DNA from: Minisyncoccota bacterium
GTDB taxonomy: Bacteria; Patescibacteriota; Minisyncoccia; Phycocordibacterales; UBA2100
Assembly (NCBI GenBank): GCA_035559235.1
Contig: DATMBM010000004.1
Location: 4,684-68,683 of the forward strand
Reading direction: 5' to 3'
DNA: 64,000 bases
Shown here one piece after another: positions 52,262 to 61,494 of the stretch (the first letter of the stretch is position 1; the number at the start of each line of letters is the position of its first letter). The position numbers and the translations under genes were made by a program. Below the pieces are notes generated by a model. The model saw only the letters and a program-made list of their open reading frames with translations, ran no database searches and had not been told where the DNA came from.

Positions 52262-52852
52262 ATGACATGGGTACTCGTTGGTCTCGGGAATCCTGATGAA
52301 GAACATGTGCGGACGCGTCACAACGCGGGGAGAATGGCGGTCGAGTATTTCGTGAAGAAACATGAACTTGGAGAGTGGAAAGATGAGAAGAAAACGAATT
52401 CATTTGTCCTGCGCGGCGCTCTCGGAAAGGCGTTGGTTGCCTGCGTTCTGCCGAATACGTACATGAATAAGTCGGGGAAGGCGGTCGCACACTATATAAA
52501 GAGCGTTAAGGCGGCTGAGAAGCTGATTGTCGTGTACGACGAACTTGATTTGCCGCTCGGCACGATCAAAATCTCATTTAATCGCGGCAGCGGAGGACAT
52601 CGCGGGCTCGATTCGGTGATGCGCGCGGTCAAAACGCCCGCGTTTGCGCGTGTGCGCATAGGTGTCTCTCCCGCTAATGGCGCGGGAGGCGCACAAAAGC
52701 CGCAGGGCGAAAAGGAGGTGGAGCGATTTATCCTCGGGGAGTTCACCTCAAAAGAACTTCCGACACTGAAGGCTGCGCTCAAGCGCGCGAGCGAGGCGCT
52801 TGAAATGATGATTGTCGAGGGTAGAGAAAAGGCGATGACAACGTTCAACTAA
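52262..52852 (+). CDS. pth: Peptidyl-tRNA hydrolase
   Basis: LVGLGNPDEEHVRTRHNAG…NTYMNKSG…HRGLDS motifs. Confidence 0.85.
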   Translation: MTWVLVGLGNPDEEHVRTRHNAGRMAVEYFVKKHELGEWKDEKKTNSFVLRGALGKALVACVLPNTYMNKSGKAVAHYIKSVKAAEKLIVVYDELDLPLGTIKISFNRGSGGHRGLDSVMRAVKTPAFARVRIGVSPANGAGGAQKPQGEKEVERFILGEFTSKELPTLKAALKRASEALEMMIVEGREKAMTTFN

Positions 52853-52969
52853 ACCGCTATCCACAGACGGCGTGTGCGTTCAGGAATTCTTTATCTTTGC
52901 GCCCGTATACTGCGGGTATTATCGAGCCGCACGAATGGGGAATAAGTGCGTTAAGCGCGTACTACTCAT

Positions 52970-54778
52970 ATGGGAAACAGAGTGACGGCAGCTTCTCTTA
53001 TCAGCATTGTATTCGCCACGCTGCTCGTGGCGTTTGTGTTTACTCCCGCACCTGCTGCAGCGGCGCGCGGTGATGCGCATCGGTCGTTTGCTGAAAGCAT
53101 CATCGATCGGATCAACGATCGTTTGTGCGATAGACAAAAAGCACTTGGCGGTCGTTTGCCGATCCCGCTTATCCACCCGAGCAAGTGTAAAAAGGAACCG
53201 CCCCCGCCTCCAGAAGAGCCGACAGTGGTTTTGACGGCGGATCCGCTCACGATCAACGAAGGTGACAGTTCGACCTTGGAATGGACGTCCGAAAACGCCG
53301 ATACCTGCGAGGCATCAGGCGGATGGGACGGCGAGCGGAACACCTCGGGTACGGAAGTGGTATCTCCATCAGAAACGACGATGTACCACATCGATTGCTT
53401 TGGGCCCGGCGGTGTCGCGGGCGATGACGTCGTCGTGACGGTGATCCCGGATGAACCAGACGCACCGACAGTTGAGATTACTGCAGATCCGATGACGATT
53501 ACGGAAGGCGAATCGTCGGAACTCTCGTGGAATTCTGAGAATGCTGACACCTGTACAGCCTCAAACGGATGGATCGGTGATAGGGCGCTGGATGGCACAG
53601 AAGTAGTAACTCCGGCAACAACGACCACCTATGCGATTGAATGTGAGGGCGAGGGCGGCACTGCGCAAGATAGCGTGACTGTGACGGTCACTCCTGATGA
53701 ACCTGAAACTGGGACGCTTATTGTACGCAAGGTTGTCATTCGTGATGATGGCAATGACGCGGCAACGACGACCTTTTCGTTCGAAGTAAACGATGAAGAC
53801 CCGATTTTCTTCGACGATGATGGCGAAGTGCAGCTCACGCGTCCGGTGGGAACGTACACGATCAATGAGGGTGCGCACGACGGCTTTACGATGAGCACGA
53901 GCAATTGTGATGCTGTCGAACTCTCCGAGGGTGAGACCGAAATTTGCACGATTACGAACAACGACGAGGCGGAAGAACCGGAGACCGCCGTTCTTACGCT
54001 GGTGAAAGTTGTGGTTAATAACAACGGAGGAGAAGCAACCACGACAGATTGGACGCTCGTGGCGGACGGTCCGACCGATATTTCGGGCGTTACGGGCAGC
54101 GCGGCCGTGACCGAGGCGGTTGTTGAAGTGGGCAGCTACGATCTTTCGGAGACGAATGGTCCGGAGGGCTACACTGCATCGAACTTCGTCTGCCAGATCA
54201 ATGACGGTCCTGATGTTGCCGGTAACACGGTCGTATTGGAGGCGGGCGACGACGTCGTGTGTACGATTACAAATGATGATGAGGAAGAAGAGCAGGTCGG
54301 TACGCTTGTCATCAGTGAAGTTCTCTACAATCCCTCTGTTGCACAAGGAGTAGAGGCGGGGAACGAATGGGTGGAAATATTCAATGGGACGGCAGGGACG
54401 CTCAACCTCTCCGGATACTTTATCCAGGACAACAGTGAGACGTTCATCCTTCCGCAGGGAACGACGCTTGCGTCAGGTTCGTTCCTTCTGCTGACAGGAT
54501 CATCCACGACGGCTGACCTCTGGACAGTGCCGAGCAGCGCAACGTGGCTCGTCTTGCCCGGCTTCACGAGACAGCTCTCAAACGAAAATGACTCTGTTGA
54601 ATTATTTAACACCGCAAGTTCGTCTGTCGACGCGGTGTGCTGGGGGCCCAATGACAAAGCATTCGATTGCGATGCGCTCGTCGTCGATGACGGCGAATCC
54701 CTCGGCCGCATCGACAAATTCTTTGACACCGGGACGGCGGCAGATTGGCAGGCCCAAACGCCGAACCCCGGGGAGTAA
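52970..54778 (+). CDS. Surface protein: signal peptide, two Ig-like repeats, two Cna-B/prealbumin-like repeats and a C-terminal lamin-tail (LTD) domain
   Basis: Repeats LTADPLTINEGDSSTLEWTSENADTC and ITADPMTITEGESSELSWNSENADTC. Repeats TLIVRKVVIRDDGND… and TLVKVVVNNNGGE…. The LTD-like C-terminus reads LVISEVLYNP…EWVEIFNGT…LSGYFIQD. Confidence 0.65.
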   Translation: MGNRVTAASLISIVFATLLVAFVFTPAPAAAARGDAHRSFAESIIDRINDRLCDRQKALGGRLPIPLIHPSKCKKEPPPPPEEPTVVLTADPLTINEGDSSTLEWTSENADTCEASGGWDGERNTSGTEVVSPSETTMYHIDCFGPGGVAGDDVVVTVIPDEPDAPTVEITADPMTITEGESSELSWNSENADTCTASNGWIGDRALDGTEVVTPATTTTYAIECEGEGGTAQDSVTVTVTPDEPETGTLIVRKVVIRDDGNDAATTTFSFEVNDEDPIFFDDDGEVQLTRPVGTYTINEGAHDGFTMSTSNCDAVELSEGETEICTITNNDEAEEPETAVLTLVKVVVNNNGGEATTTDWTLVADGPTDISGVTGSAAVTEAVVEVGSYDLSETNGPEGYTASNFVCQINDGPDVAGNTVVLEAGDDVVCTITNDDEEEEQVGTLVISEVLYNPSVAQGVEAGNEWVEIFNGTAGTLNLSGYFIQDNSETFILPQGTTLASGSFLLLTGSSTTADLWTVPSSATWLVLPGFTRQLSNENDSVELFNTASSSVDAVCWGPNDKAFDCDALVVDDGESLGRIDKFFDTGTAADWQAQTPNPGE

Positions 54779-54797
54779 AAAGGAACATTAACAGTGC

Positions 54798-54822
54798 AAA
54801 AATCCGCCCAGGGCGGATTTTT
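54798..54822. terminator. Bidirectional rho-independent terminator
   Basis: AAAAATCCGCCC-a-GGGCGGATTTTT, with A/T runs on both sides. It lies between convergent genes. Confidence 0.6.
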
Positions 54823-54823
54823 G

Positions 54824-55093
54824 CTATGCGCGTTTCGCTGCGGTGCGCGTCCGCATCAGGCCGCGAGCGTGTTCGTAGGTACGAATAAGCGGCGCCGCAT
54901 GTACGGTGCGGCTGCGTGCCAAGGGTACGCCGTACCGGATGGCGGCGTACGTCGCATAGACAAGCGTCGCGACCGCGATCGCCGGCAGGAGTCGCTCGTT
55001 GACGACCCACACGACAGACGCCGGAATAACCACGGCGGCGGTTATAAGCACGTCACGGGCCGAAAGGGTGTCTGATTGTTCTTCCATATGCAT
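54824..55093 (-). CDS. Hypothetical small 2-TM membrane protein
   Basis: MHMEEQSDTLSARDVLITAAVVIPASVVWVV…LPAIAVATLVYATYAAI. Confidence 0.35.
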   Translation of the reverse strand: MHMEEQSDTLSARDVLITAAVVIPASVVWVVNERLLPAIAVATLVYATYAAIRYGVPLARSRTVHAAPLIRTYEHARGLMRTRTAAKRA

Positions 55094-55375
55094 TGCTCCA
55101 GACGGCGCAAGCGCGTCTTTATTACTGTGTGTAAGGTCCAAAACGTGTGCCATAGGTGGCCACGTATTACCATATTTTCCTACGTAAGCGCAAGTTGTGA
55201 TGAAGAAGGCTCGCGGCAGCGCAGCAATTGCTTCCCGCCGAACACGGAGCCGTCAAACGCGTTACTGTCACATCTTTTGCGGTACGTCTCGCCGCATCCT
55301 TATGCGCTGCGCAAGGTTCTCTGGAAGCAATTGCTGCGCTGTCGGCTCGTAAGAAGTTGAAATTAAGTGGGCCGG

Positions 55376-56497
55376 CTACTTATTTCCCGCAAACGAGAGC
55401 GTCATCCGTCGTTCCTTCGGTTCGAACAATTTGATGACAAACGGATACACTTTGCCGAGCTCTAATTTCGATCGAAGCTCCGCCTCGTCTTTGAATTCGG
55501 AGATATGCACCAATCCGGCAACCCCCTCCTCGATAGAAGCAAGCGCGCCATGCTTGTTGTACTTGATGACGACCGCGTCCACCGTCTGATCTTTCTTGTA
55601 TTTCGAAGCGGCCGCCTTCCACGGATCATCAGTGAGCGCCTTGATGGAGAGGGAAACCTTGTCATCCTTGATCTCGATGACTTTCACCTTGACGGTTTCC
55701 CCGACCTTGTAGCGGGTTTTCGGATTTTCAACCAGTGCCCAGTCCATTTCGGAGATGTGCACAAGGCCTTCAAGCCCTTCCTCCAACTTCACAAAGACGC
55801 CGAATTCAGTCGCGCCGGTCACGACGCCTTCGACGACATCGCCGACATGGTATTTCTCGACAAGAGATGAGCGCTCAGATGGACCCGCGCCCTTTTCGGA
55901 GAGGATGAGTTTCTGCTCTTTCGGATTTGCCGTAATGATCTGCACCTCCAGCTTTTCCCCGACAAGTTTCTTGAGCTCGACAAAGATTTTCTCTTTGTCG
56001 CCGTCAGGAACGCGCGGATAGTGTGCCGGCGCGAGCTGCGATGCCGGCAAGAAGCCGGAAATGCCCTGCCAATTGATGATGAGGCCACCCTTGTTCGCGT
56101 CGGCAACCGGGAGTTCGAAGACCGTCTTCTTCTGCATTGCCTGCTCGGCTTCATTCCAGATGAGCGCCTGCCGTGCCTCGCGCAGCGACAATTCGATGTA
56201 TCCTTCTTTCTTTTCGGTGCCGACGACTTTCGCGGTGATGATGTCGCCAACGTTCGTGTTCTTCAAAGTCTCGCGGGCAGAGAGGTATTCGCGGCCATAA
56301 ATGATGCCGGTTCCAAAAGGATGCAAATCGACAAACACACGCGCGCGACCAATCGCAACGACCGGCCCTTCGACCACGTCGTCGAGTGCCGGCGGCTTCG
56401 GCGTCGATTCAAAGAGCGCCTCCATCGGGCCCTCTTTCTTGATAACCTCATCCTTCTCGTCGACGTCCTTTTCGACGTCAGCTGTTGCTGTTGGCAT
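55376..56497 (-). CDS. rpsA: 30S ribosomal protein S1 (four S1 domains)
   Basis: Repeated S1 OB-fold units (GxV…G.FV…GL.H.SE pattern, four times). Confidence 0.85.
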   Translation of the reverse strand: MPTATADVEKDVDEKDEVIKKEGPMEALFESTPKPPALDDVVEGPVVAIGRARVFVDLHPFGTGIIYGREYLSARETLKNTNVGDIITAKVVGTEKKEGYIELSLREARQALIWNEAEQAMQKKTVFELPVADANKGGLIINWQGISGFLPASQLAPAHYPRVPDGDKEKIFVELKKLVGEKLEVQIITANPKEQKLILSEKGAGPSERSSLVEKYHVGDVVEGVVTGATEFGVFVKLEEGLEGLVHISEMDWALVENPKTRYKVGETVKVKVIEIKDDKVSLSIKALTDDPWKAAASKYKKDQTVDAVVIKYNKHGALASIEEGVAGLVHISEFKDEAELRSKLELGKVYPFVIKLFEPKERRMTLSFAGNK

Positions 56498-56596
56498 TTT
56501 TCTTTCAGGTTGGGCTCTCCGCGTCCTGCATCCGTTCCGTTGACGACGCCAGAGGATTAACCCTTCCTTAGAGACTGGTAATGCGTGGGGAAACTA

Positions 56597-56634
56597 TACA
56601 AAAGAAAGAGCCCCGATGCAAGCATCGGGGCTCT
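56597..56634 (-). terminator. Minus-strand rho-independent terminator inside the rpsA upstream region
   Basis: AGAGCCCCGATGC…GCATCGGGGCTCT hairpin. On the minus strand it is followed by CTTTCTTTTGT. Confidence 0.45.
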
Positions 56635-56881
56635 CCAGGACCATCGCTTCGCAGCCGTTGCCGGCTCCACTAGGTCCTTATGAAAGTAAGGACTGGGTTG
56701 GTGGGTTGGAACCAGCCCTCACATGAGGAGGGTGTTTGGTGGCTACCTCCTGTCCAGCTAGAGATACGATACTAACTTGAATATGATCTCTTGTCAAGGA
56801 ATGGCAACTACACTATGGATTAAAATATGGCTTAAAACAACCACGATAGCGCCCTTTGCAGCGGATGCTATAATTATGGTC

Positions 56882-57502
56882 ATGATTTTGACTTACCACG
56901 ACGGCTTTTGTATCCGCGCGAGTGCGGGGGATACCACGATTGTTTTTGGGCCCGTCTCGAAGCAGTCGAAAAAATTCAAGCCGACGAATTTCGGCGCCGA
57001 CGTCGCGCTTATTTCACTCAACCATCCTGATATGAACGGCGCCGAAGAGGCCGGGCGTGGCGAGAAGCAACCCTTTGTGGTCACGGGACCGGGCGAGTAC
57101 GAAATAAAAGACATCGCGGCGTTCGGATTCGGCTCGACGTCAAAATATGGGGGACATGAGCGCATTAATACCGTGTACTCGGTGACTTTCGACGGCCTCA
57201 CGATCATGTATCTCGGTGCCGTAGGGACGACCGTATTGCCAAAAGATATCGAGGATATGGATCCGCCGGACGTCTTAGTCGTTCCGGTGGGCAATGAGGG
57301 GGCGCTCACGGCGGCTGAAGCGCACAAGCTTGCGGTAAACCTGGAGGCGAAGATCGTCATTCCGGTCGGCTACGACGAGAAAACACTTAAGCAATTTTTG
57401 AAGGAAGCGGGTGCGGAGGGCGTGAAAGCGGAAGAAAAGCTGACGATAAAAAAGAAGGATGTAGCAGGGAAGGAGAATGAGGTGGTGGTGTTAAAGGCTT
57501 AG
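56882..57502 (+). CDS. MBL-fold metallo-hydrolase (UPF0173-like)
   Basis: MILTYHDGFCIRASAGDTTIVFGP…VVPVGNEG resembles the Zn-dependent beta-lactamase-fold hydrolase family. A TATAAT box at 56869-56874 lies 7 nt upstream of this ATG. An in-frame ATG at 56876 is an alternative start. Confidence 0.6.
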   Translation: MILTYHDGFCIRASAGDTTIVFGPVSKQSKKFKPTNFGADVALISLNHPDMNGAEEAGRGEKQPFVVTGPGEYEIKDIAAFGFGSTSKYGGHERINTVYSVTFDGLTIMYLGAVGTTVLPKDIEDMDPPDVLVVPVGNEGALTAAEAHKLAVNLEAKIVIPVGYDEKTLKQFLKEAGAEGVKAEEKLTIKKKDVAGKENEVVVLKA

Positions 57503-57628
57503 ACGCGATGCGTCGGAAGTGCGTCCCTCGGGCACGCACATTTTCAGCTGAAAATGTGCTCATCCTCGCGCCGTCGCGCTGCGGGGTCCCTCGTGACGCA
57601 GTTCCGGCGCCGCGCACGACATGACTTC

Positions 57629-57637
57629 TGTTATAAT
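57629..57637 (+). promoter_or_regulatory. Extended -10 box TGtTATAAT, 8 nt upstream of the ATG at 57646
   Basis: The sequence reads cTGtTATAATggagggatATG. Confidence 0.4.
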
Positions 57638-57645
57638 GGAGGGAT

Positions 57646-58017
57646 ATGGTTGTGGGGAAAGCAATCGAAAATCTCAAGGACAAACCACATGAGGAGAAGA
57701 AGGTTGTGGCTGGCGGTATCGCAATCGCGGTTGTCATCATCCTGCTCGTCGGGTGGGGATTTTTCTTTTTGCGCAGCATCCAGCGGGGAAGCGCCGTCCC
57801 GACACTTCAAGGCGCGGCGGTTCCTGAGGATCAATTGGACACGCAATTCCTGCAGCAGACGCAGCAGCAGCTGCAGCAGTACTACCAGACATCGCAGCAG
57901 CAACTGCGGAAAATCCGCGACACATCGGGAGGCGGCAGCGTCAATGTCGACGTTGGATCCGGCGCGTCTCCAAACGGCGGAAGCGGCGGATTTGGGGCTC
58001 AAAATAACGGTTTTTAG
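57646..58017 (+). CDS. Hypothetical membrane-anchored Gln-rich protein
   Basis: TM helix (GGIAIAVVIILLVGWGFFFL), then a Q-rich segment (QQTQQQLQQYYQTSQQQL) and a Gly-rich tail. Confidence 0.45.
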   Translation: MVVGKAIENLKDKPHEEKKVVAGGIAIAVVIILLVGWGFFFLRSIQRGSAVPTLQGAAVPEDQLDTQFLQQTQQQLQQYYQTSQQQLRKIRDTSGGGSVNVDVGSGASPNGGSGGFGAQNNGF

Positions 58018-58049
58018 GCGACTTTGCGCTGGCAAAGACGACCGTTTTC

Positions 58050-58058
58050 TGATATACT
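58050..58058 (+). promoter_or_regulatory. Extended -10 box TGaTATACT, 8 nt upstream of the gyrA ATG
   Basis: The sequence reads tcTGaTATACTgatcctatATG. Confidence 0.4.
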
Positions 58059-58066
58059 GATCCTAT

Positions 58067-60553
58067 ATGGCACGAGGCCAAAAAGGCGATGGGAACGACG
58101 CAGGGGCGGGAACACGGACGCCCCTTCGCATTGTGCCTCGCTCGATCACGACTGAAATGCGCGAGTCGTATCTTGACTATGCGATGTCGGTCATTACTGC
58201 CCGCGCGCTTCCTGATGTGCGCGACGGCCTGAAGCCGGTGCACCGGCGCATCCTCTACGCGATGCAGGAAATTGGGCTCACTGCGAGCGCAAAGACGAGA
58301 AAAAGCGCGACCGTTGTCGGAGAAGTGCTTGGTAAGTACCACCCGCACGGCGATGTGGCCGTGTACGACTCGATGGTAAAAATGGCGCAGGATTTCACGA
58401 TGCGCTATCCCCTTATCGTCGGCCAGGGAAATTTCGGCTCTATTGACGGCGACAACCCCGCGGCGATGCGCTACACGGAGGTGAAAATGTCCCGTCTCGC
58501 CGGTGAGATGCTGAAAGACATCGAAAAGGACACGGTACATTTCCGTCCGAACTACGACAATACGAAGAAGGAACCGGTCGTCCTGCCGGCGGCAGCACCG
58601 AATCTCCTTTTAAACGGTACGTTGGGCATTGCGGTCGGCATGGCGTCCAACATCCCGCCGCACAATTTGCGCGAAGTATGCGACGCCACCGTGCACCTAA
58701 TTGAAAATCCGGACGCGACGACGGACGATTTGATGCAATTCGTCCAGGGTCCTGATTTTCCGACGGGCTGCATTGCGTTCAACCAGAAGGACATCGCGCA
58801 CGCGTATGCGACGGGACGCGGCGGCGTTGTCGTGCGCGGCGAAGCGGAGATCACGGAAAACAAAAAAGGTGACTACCAGATCGTCATCACGTCGATCCCG
58901 TATCGCGTCAACAAATCCGACCTTCTGCAAAAGATCGGTGCGCTCGTGCACGAGAAAAAGCTCGAGGGCATCCGCGATGCGCGCGACGAGAGCACGAAAG
59001 ACATCCGCATCGTGATCGAACTCAAGCAAAACGCGAACCCGCAGACGGTTTTGAATTATCTCTACAAGCACACGCAGCTCGAAGAGACCTTCCACTACAA
59101 CATCGTGGCGCTCGTCGACGGCGTCCCGCAGACGCTATCGCTAAAGGCGATCATCGAGGCCTTCGTTTCGCATCGTAAGGAAGTGGTGACGCGACGCACG
59201 ACATTTGACCTTTCGCGCGCGAAAGAGCGCGAGCACATCCTCCTTGGCCTTTCCAAAGCGCTCGATCACATCGACGCGATCATCCAACTCATCAAGAAGT
59301 CGAAGGACGTCGATGATGCCCGTAAGGGACTCATGACGAAATTCAAATTCTCGGAAATTCAGGCGAACGCGATCCTCGACATGCGTTTGCAGAAGCTCTC
59401 CGGTCTCGAGCGCAAGAAGATCGAGGACGAGCTGGAGCAGGTGCAGGCGCTCATTGCGGAACTCGAATCGCTCCTGAAAAGCGAGAAGAAGATGATGGAC
59501 GTCATCAAGAAAGAAGTGAAAGAGCTGGGTGAAAAATACGGGGACGACCGGCGCACAAAGATCATGAAGCGCGGCGCGCAGATACTCTCGGCCGAAGATT
59601 TGATCGCGGACGATGAATTCGCGCTTGTCCTGACGCAGGGCGGCTACATCAAGCGCACGAATCCGGCCGAATACCGCCGGCAGCGCCGCGGAGGCGTTGG
59701 TGTTGTTGATCTGGATACGAAGGAGGAGGATTTCGTGACGCACCTGCTTACCGCAAGCGCGCACTCCGACATTCTCTTTTTCACCGACCGCGGCAAGGCG
59801 TACCAGATAAAGATGTACGAGCTTCCGGAGGGCCGGCGCGCGACGAAGGGCAAATCGATCATGAATTTCCTTTCAATCGAGCAGGGCGAGCGCATCACTT
59901 CGATCCTTGCGATGCCGAAGGACGTTAAATCAACCAACGGGCTTTCGCTCCTGCTTGCGACAAAGAATGGCACCGTCAAGAAGACATCGGCCGACAAGTT
60001 CAAAGAGGTCCGCCGCTCCGGATTGATCGCCATTTCGCTCGATAGGGGGGACGCGCTCATTTCCGCGAGCTTCGTCCGAAAAGGCGATACCGTTTTCTTG
60101 GTGACGACGAAGGGGCAGTCGATCCGATTCGATGAAAAAGACGTGCGTGAAATGGGGCGGCAGGCGGGCGGCGTGCGCGGCATCAAATTGCAGTCAGGAG
60201 ACAGCGTCGTAGGCGCGGGTGTCGCAGAAAAAGGTGGCGCGGAAGAGCTCTTGATCCTCTCGCAGCTCGGTTACGGGAAGAAGACGCCGATCAAGGAATA
60301 CAAGGTGCAGGGTCGCGGCGGAAGCGGCATTAAAACAAGCGCCGTCACAGCGAAAACCGGGCCGGTGATCGCGGGACTCATCGTCAGCGAGCACGGCGAA
60401 TTGATTTGCATGTCACAAAAGAGCCAAGTGATCCGCACTGATTTGAAAGAAATCCGCACCAGCGGGCGGCAGACCCAGGGCGTGCGCGTCATGGCGCTGC
60501 GAAGCGGCGACAAAATCGCGGCGTGCGTGGTGCTGGAAGGGAAGGAGGTTTGA
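58067..60553 (+). CDS. gyrA: DNA gyrase subunit A
   Basis: Active-site region AAMRYTE and the N-terminal motif [21 protein letters not shown]. The C-terminal beta-pinwheel repeats are present. 828 aa. Confidence 0.9.
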   Translation: MARGQKGDGNDAGAGTRTPLRIVPRSITTEMRESYLDYAMSVITARALPDVRDGLKPVHRRILYAMQEIGLTASAKTRKSATVVGEVLGKYHPHGDVAVYDSMVKMAQDFTMRYPLIVGQGNFGSIDGDNPAAMRYTEVKMSRLAGEMLKDIEKDTVHFRPNYDNTKKEPVVLPAAAPNLLLNGTLGIAVGMASNIPPHNLREVCDATVHLIENPDATTDDLMQFVQGPDFPTGCIAFNQKDIAHAYATGRGGVVVRGEAEITENKKGDYQIVITSIPYRVNKSDLLQKIGALVHEKKLEGIRDARDESTKDIRIVIELKQNANPQTVLNYLYKHTQLEETFHYNIVALVDGVPQTLSLKAIIEAFVSHRKEVVTRRTTFDLSRAKEREHILLGLSKALDHIDAIIQLIKKSKDVDDARKGLMTKFKFSEIQANAILDMRLQKLSGLERKKIEDELEQVQALIAELESLLKSEKKMMDVIKKEVKELGEKYGDDRRTKIMKRGAQILSAEDLIADDEFALVLTQGGYIKRTNPAEYRRQRRGGVGVVDLDTKEEDFVTHLLTASAHSDILFFTDRGKAYQIKMYELPEGRRATKGKSIMNFLSIEQGERITSILAMPKDVKSTNGLSLLLATKNGTVKKTSADKFKEVRRSGLIAISLDRGDALISASFVRKGDTVFLVTTKGQSIRFDEKDVREMGRQAGGVRGIKLQSGDSVVGAGVAEKGGAEELLILSQLGYGKKTPIKEYKVQGRGGSGIKTSAVTAKTGPVIAGLIVSEHGELICMSQKSQVIRTDLKEIRTSGRQTQGVRVMALRSGDKIAACVVLEGKEV

Positions 60554-60563
60554 CAAATAGCGC

Positions 60564-60785
60564 GTGAGTAGTATAACTTCTTTTGTTCGCGTTGGTCTTT
60601 ACACCCTGCTAATAGATAGGAGGAAGGGAATGATGGACCGTATTCTTAATAGGCTGACAAAAACCGACCGATCAGGCGCACTCGTCGGGTACGCTGTTTT
60701 TTTCGTCGGCTTCCCGGTTGTGATAGCGATTTTGGTCGCCGGCAACTGGGTTTATGTACGGATTGCGCCGCTTATCGGTCCCTGA
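60564..60785 (+). CDS. Hypothetical small membrane protein
   Basis: GYAVFFVGFPVVIAILVAGNWVYV hydrophobic core. The internal Met MMDRIL is a possible start. Confidence 0.3.
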   Translation: MSSITSFVRVGLYTLLIDRRKGMMDRILNRLTKTDRSGALVGYAVFFVGFPVVIAILVAGNWVYVRIAPLIGP

Positions 60786-60799
60786 ACTCGACACCTATC

Positions 60800-60837
60800 C
60801 ACGCCCGCGGCAACGTCCGCGGGCGTGAGTCTTTTTG
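60800..60837 (+). terminator. Rho-independent terminator
   Basis: CACGCCCGCGG-caacgt-CCGCGGGCGTG followed by agtCTTTTTG. Confidence 0.6.
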
Positions 60838-60855
60838 CACGATATACTTATTCAC

Positions 60856-61494
60856 ATGTCACACGTGCGAGAGGGACGCGCGCATGTCTCGTCCGGCGCG
60901 AGCCGAGGCGGGGCGGCTTTTGCGCATCCGCCACGAAATATCAAGGCGCTCGGCATCGAGCCTGCGATGAAAATTGCGGATTTCGGCGCCGGGAGCGGTG
61001 CGTACGTCATCGCGATTGCGGAGCACTTGGAAAACAGCGGTCGCGTGTACGCCGTTGACATTCAGAAAGACCTACTGCGGAGGATTCACACGGAGGCAGT
61101 TAAGCGCGGATTCAAGAATGTCGAAATCGTGTGGGGCGACCTTGAGATGCCCGAGGGTTCGAAAATTGCAGACGCATCGCTTGATCTGGTGCTCATTTCA
61201 AATCTATTGTTCCAGGTTGAAGACAAGCAGGCCGTTATCGAAGAAGGAAAACGCGTGATCAAGCCGGGAGGCCGCCTTGCCATTATCGATTGGTCGGAGA
61301 GTTTCGGCGGCATGGGTCCTATCAAGACAGCGGTCGTCACGAAAGAAGAAGTGCTTGCGCTGGCGCGGGAAAGTAGCCTTGTGTTCCAAAAAGAATTCCG
61401 TGCTGGCGCGCATCATTATGGACTGGTCTTTCGCAAAGAAGCGGGGCGGCGCGCTATCGGTGTGCAATCCAAGCGGGTTACAATGCGACCATGA
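60856..61494 (+). CDS. Class I SAM-dependent methyltransferase
   Basis: Motif I IADFGAGSGAYV and the post-I acidic residue (VYAVDI). A TATACT box at 60843-60848 lies 7 nt upstream of this ATG. Confidence 0.65.
   Translation: MSHVREGRAHVSSGASRGGAAFAHPPRNIKALGIEPAMKIADFGAGSGAYVIAIAEHLENSGRVYAVDIQKDLLRRIHTEAVKRGFKNVEIVWGDLEMPEGSKIADASLDLVLISNLLFQVEDKQAVIEEGKRVIKPGGRLAIIDWSESFGGMGPIKTAVVTKEEVLALARESSLVFQKEFRAGAHHYGLVFRKEAGRRAIGVQSKRVTMRP

Noticed and set aside
57387-58540. Minus-strand ORFs 57387-57779 and 57941-58540 (about 130-200 aa)
   Set aside because: They are antisense to the Gln-rich protein gene and to the gyrA 5' region. No motifs.
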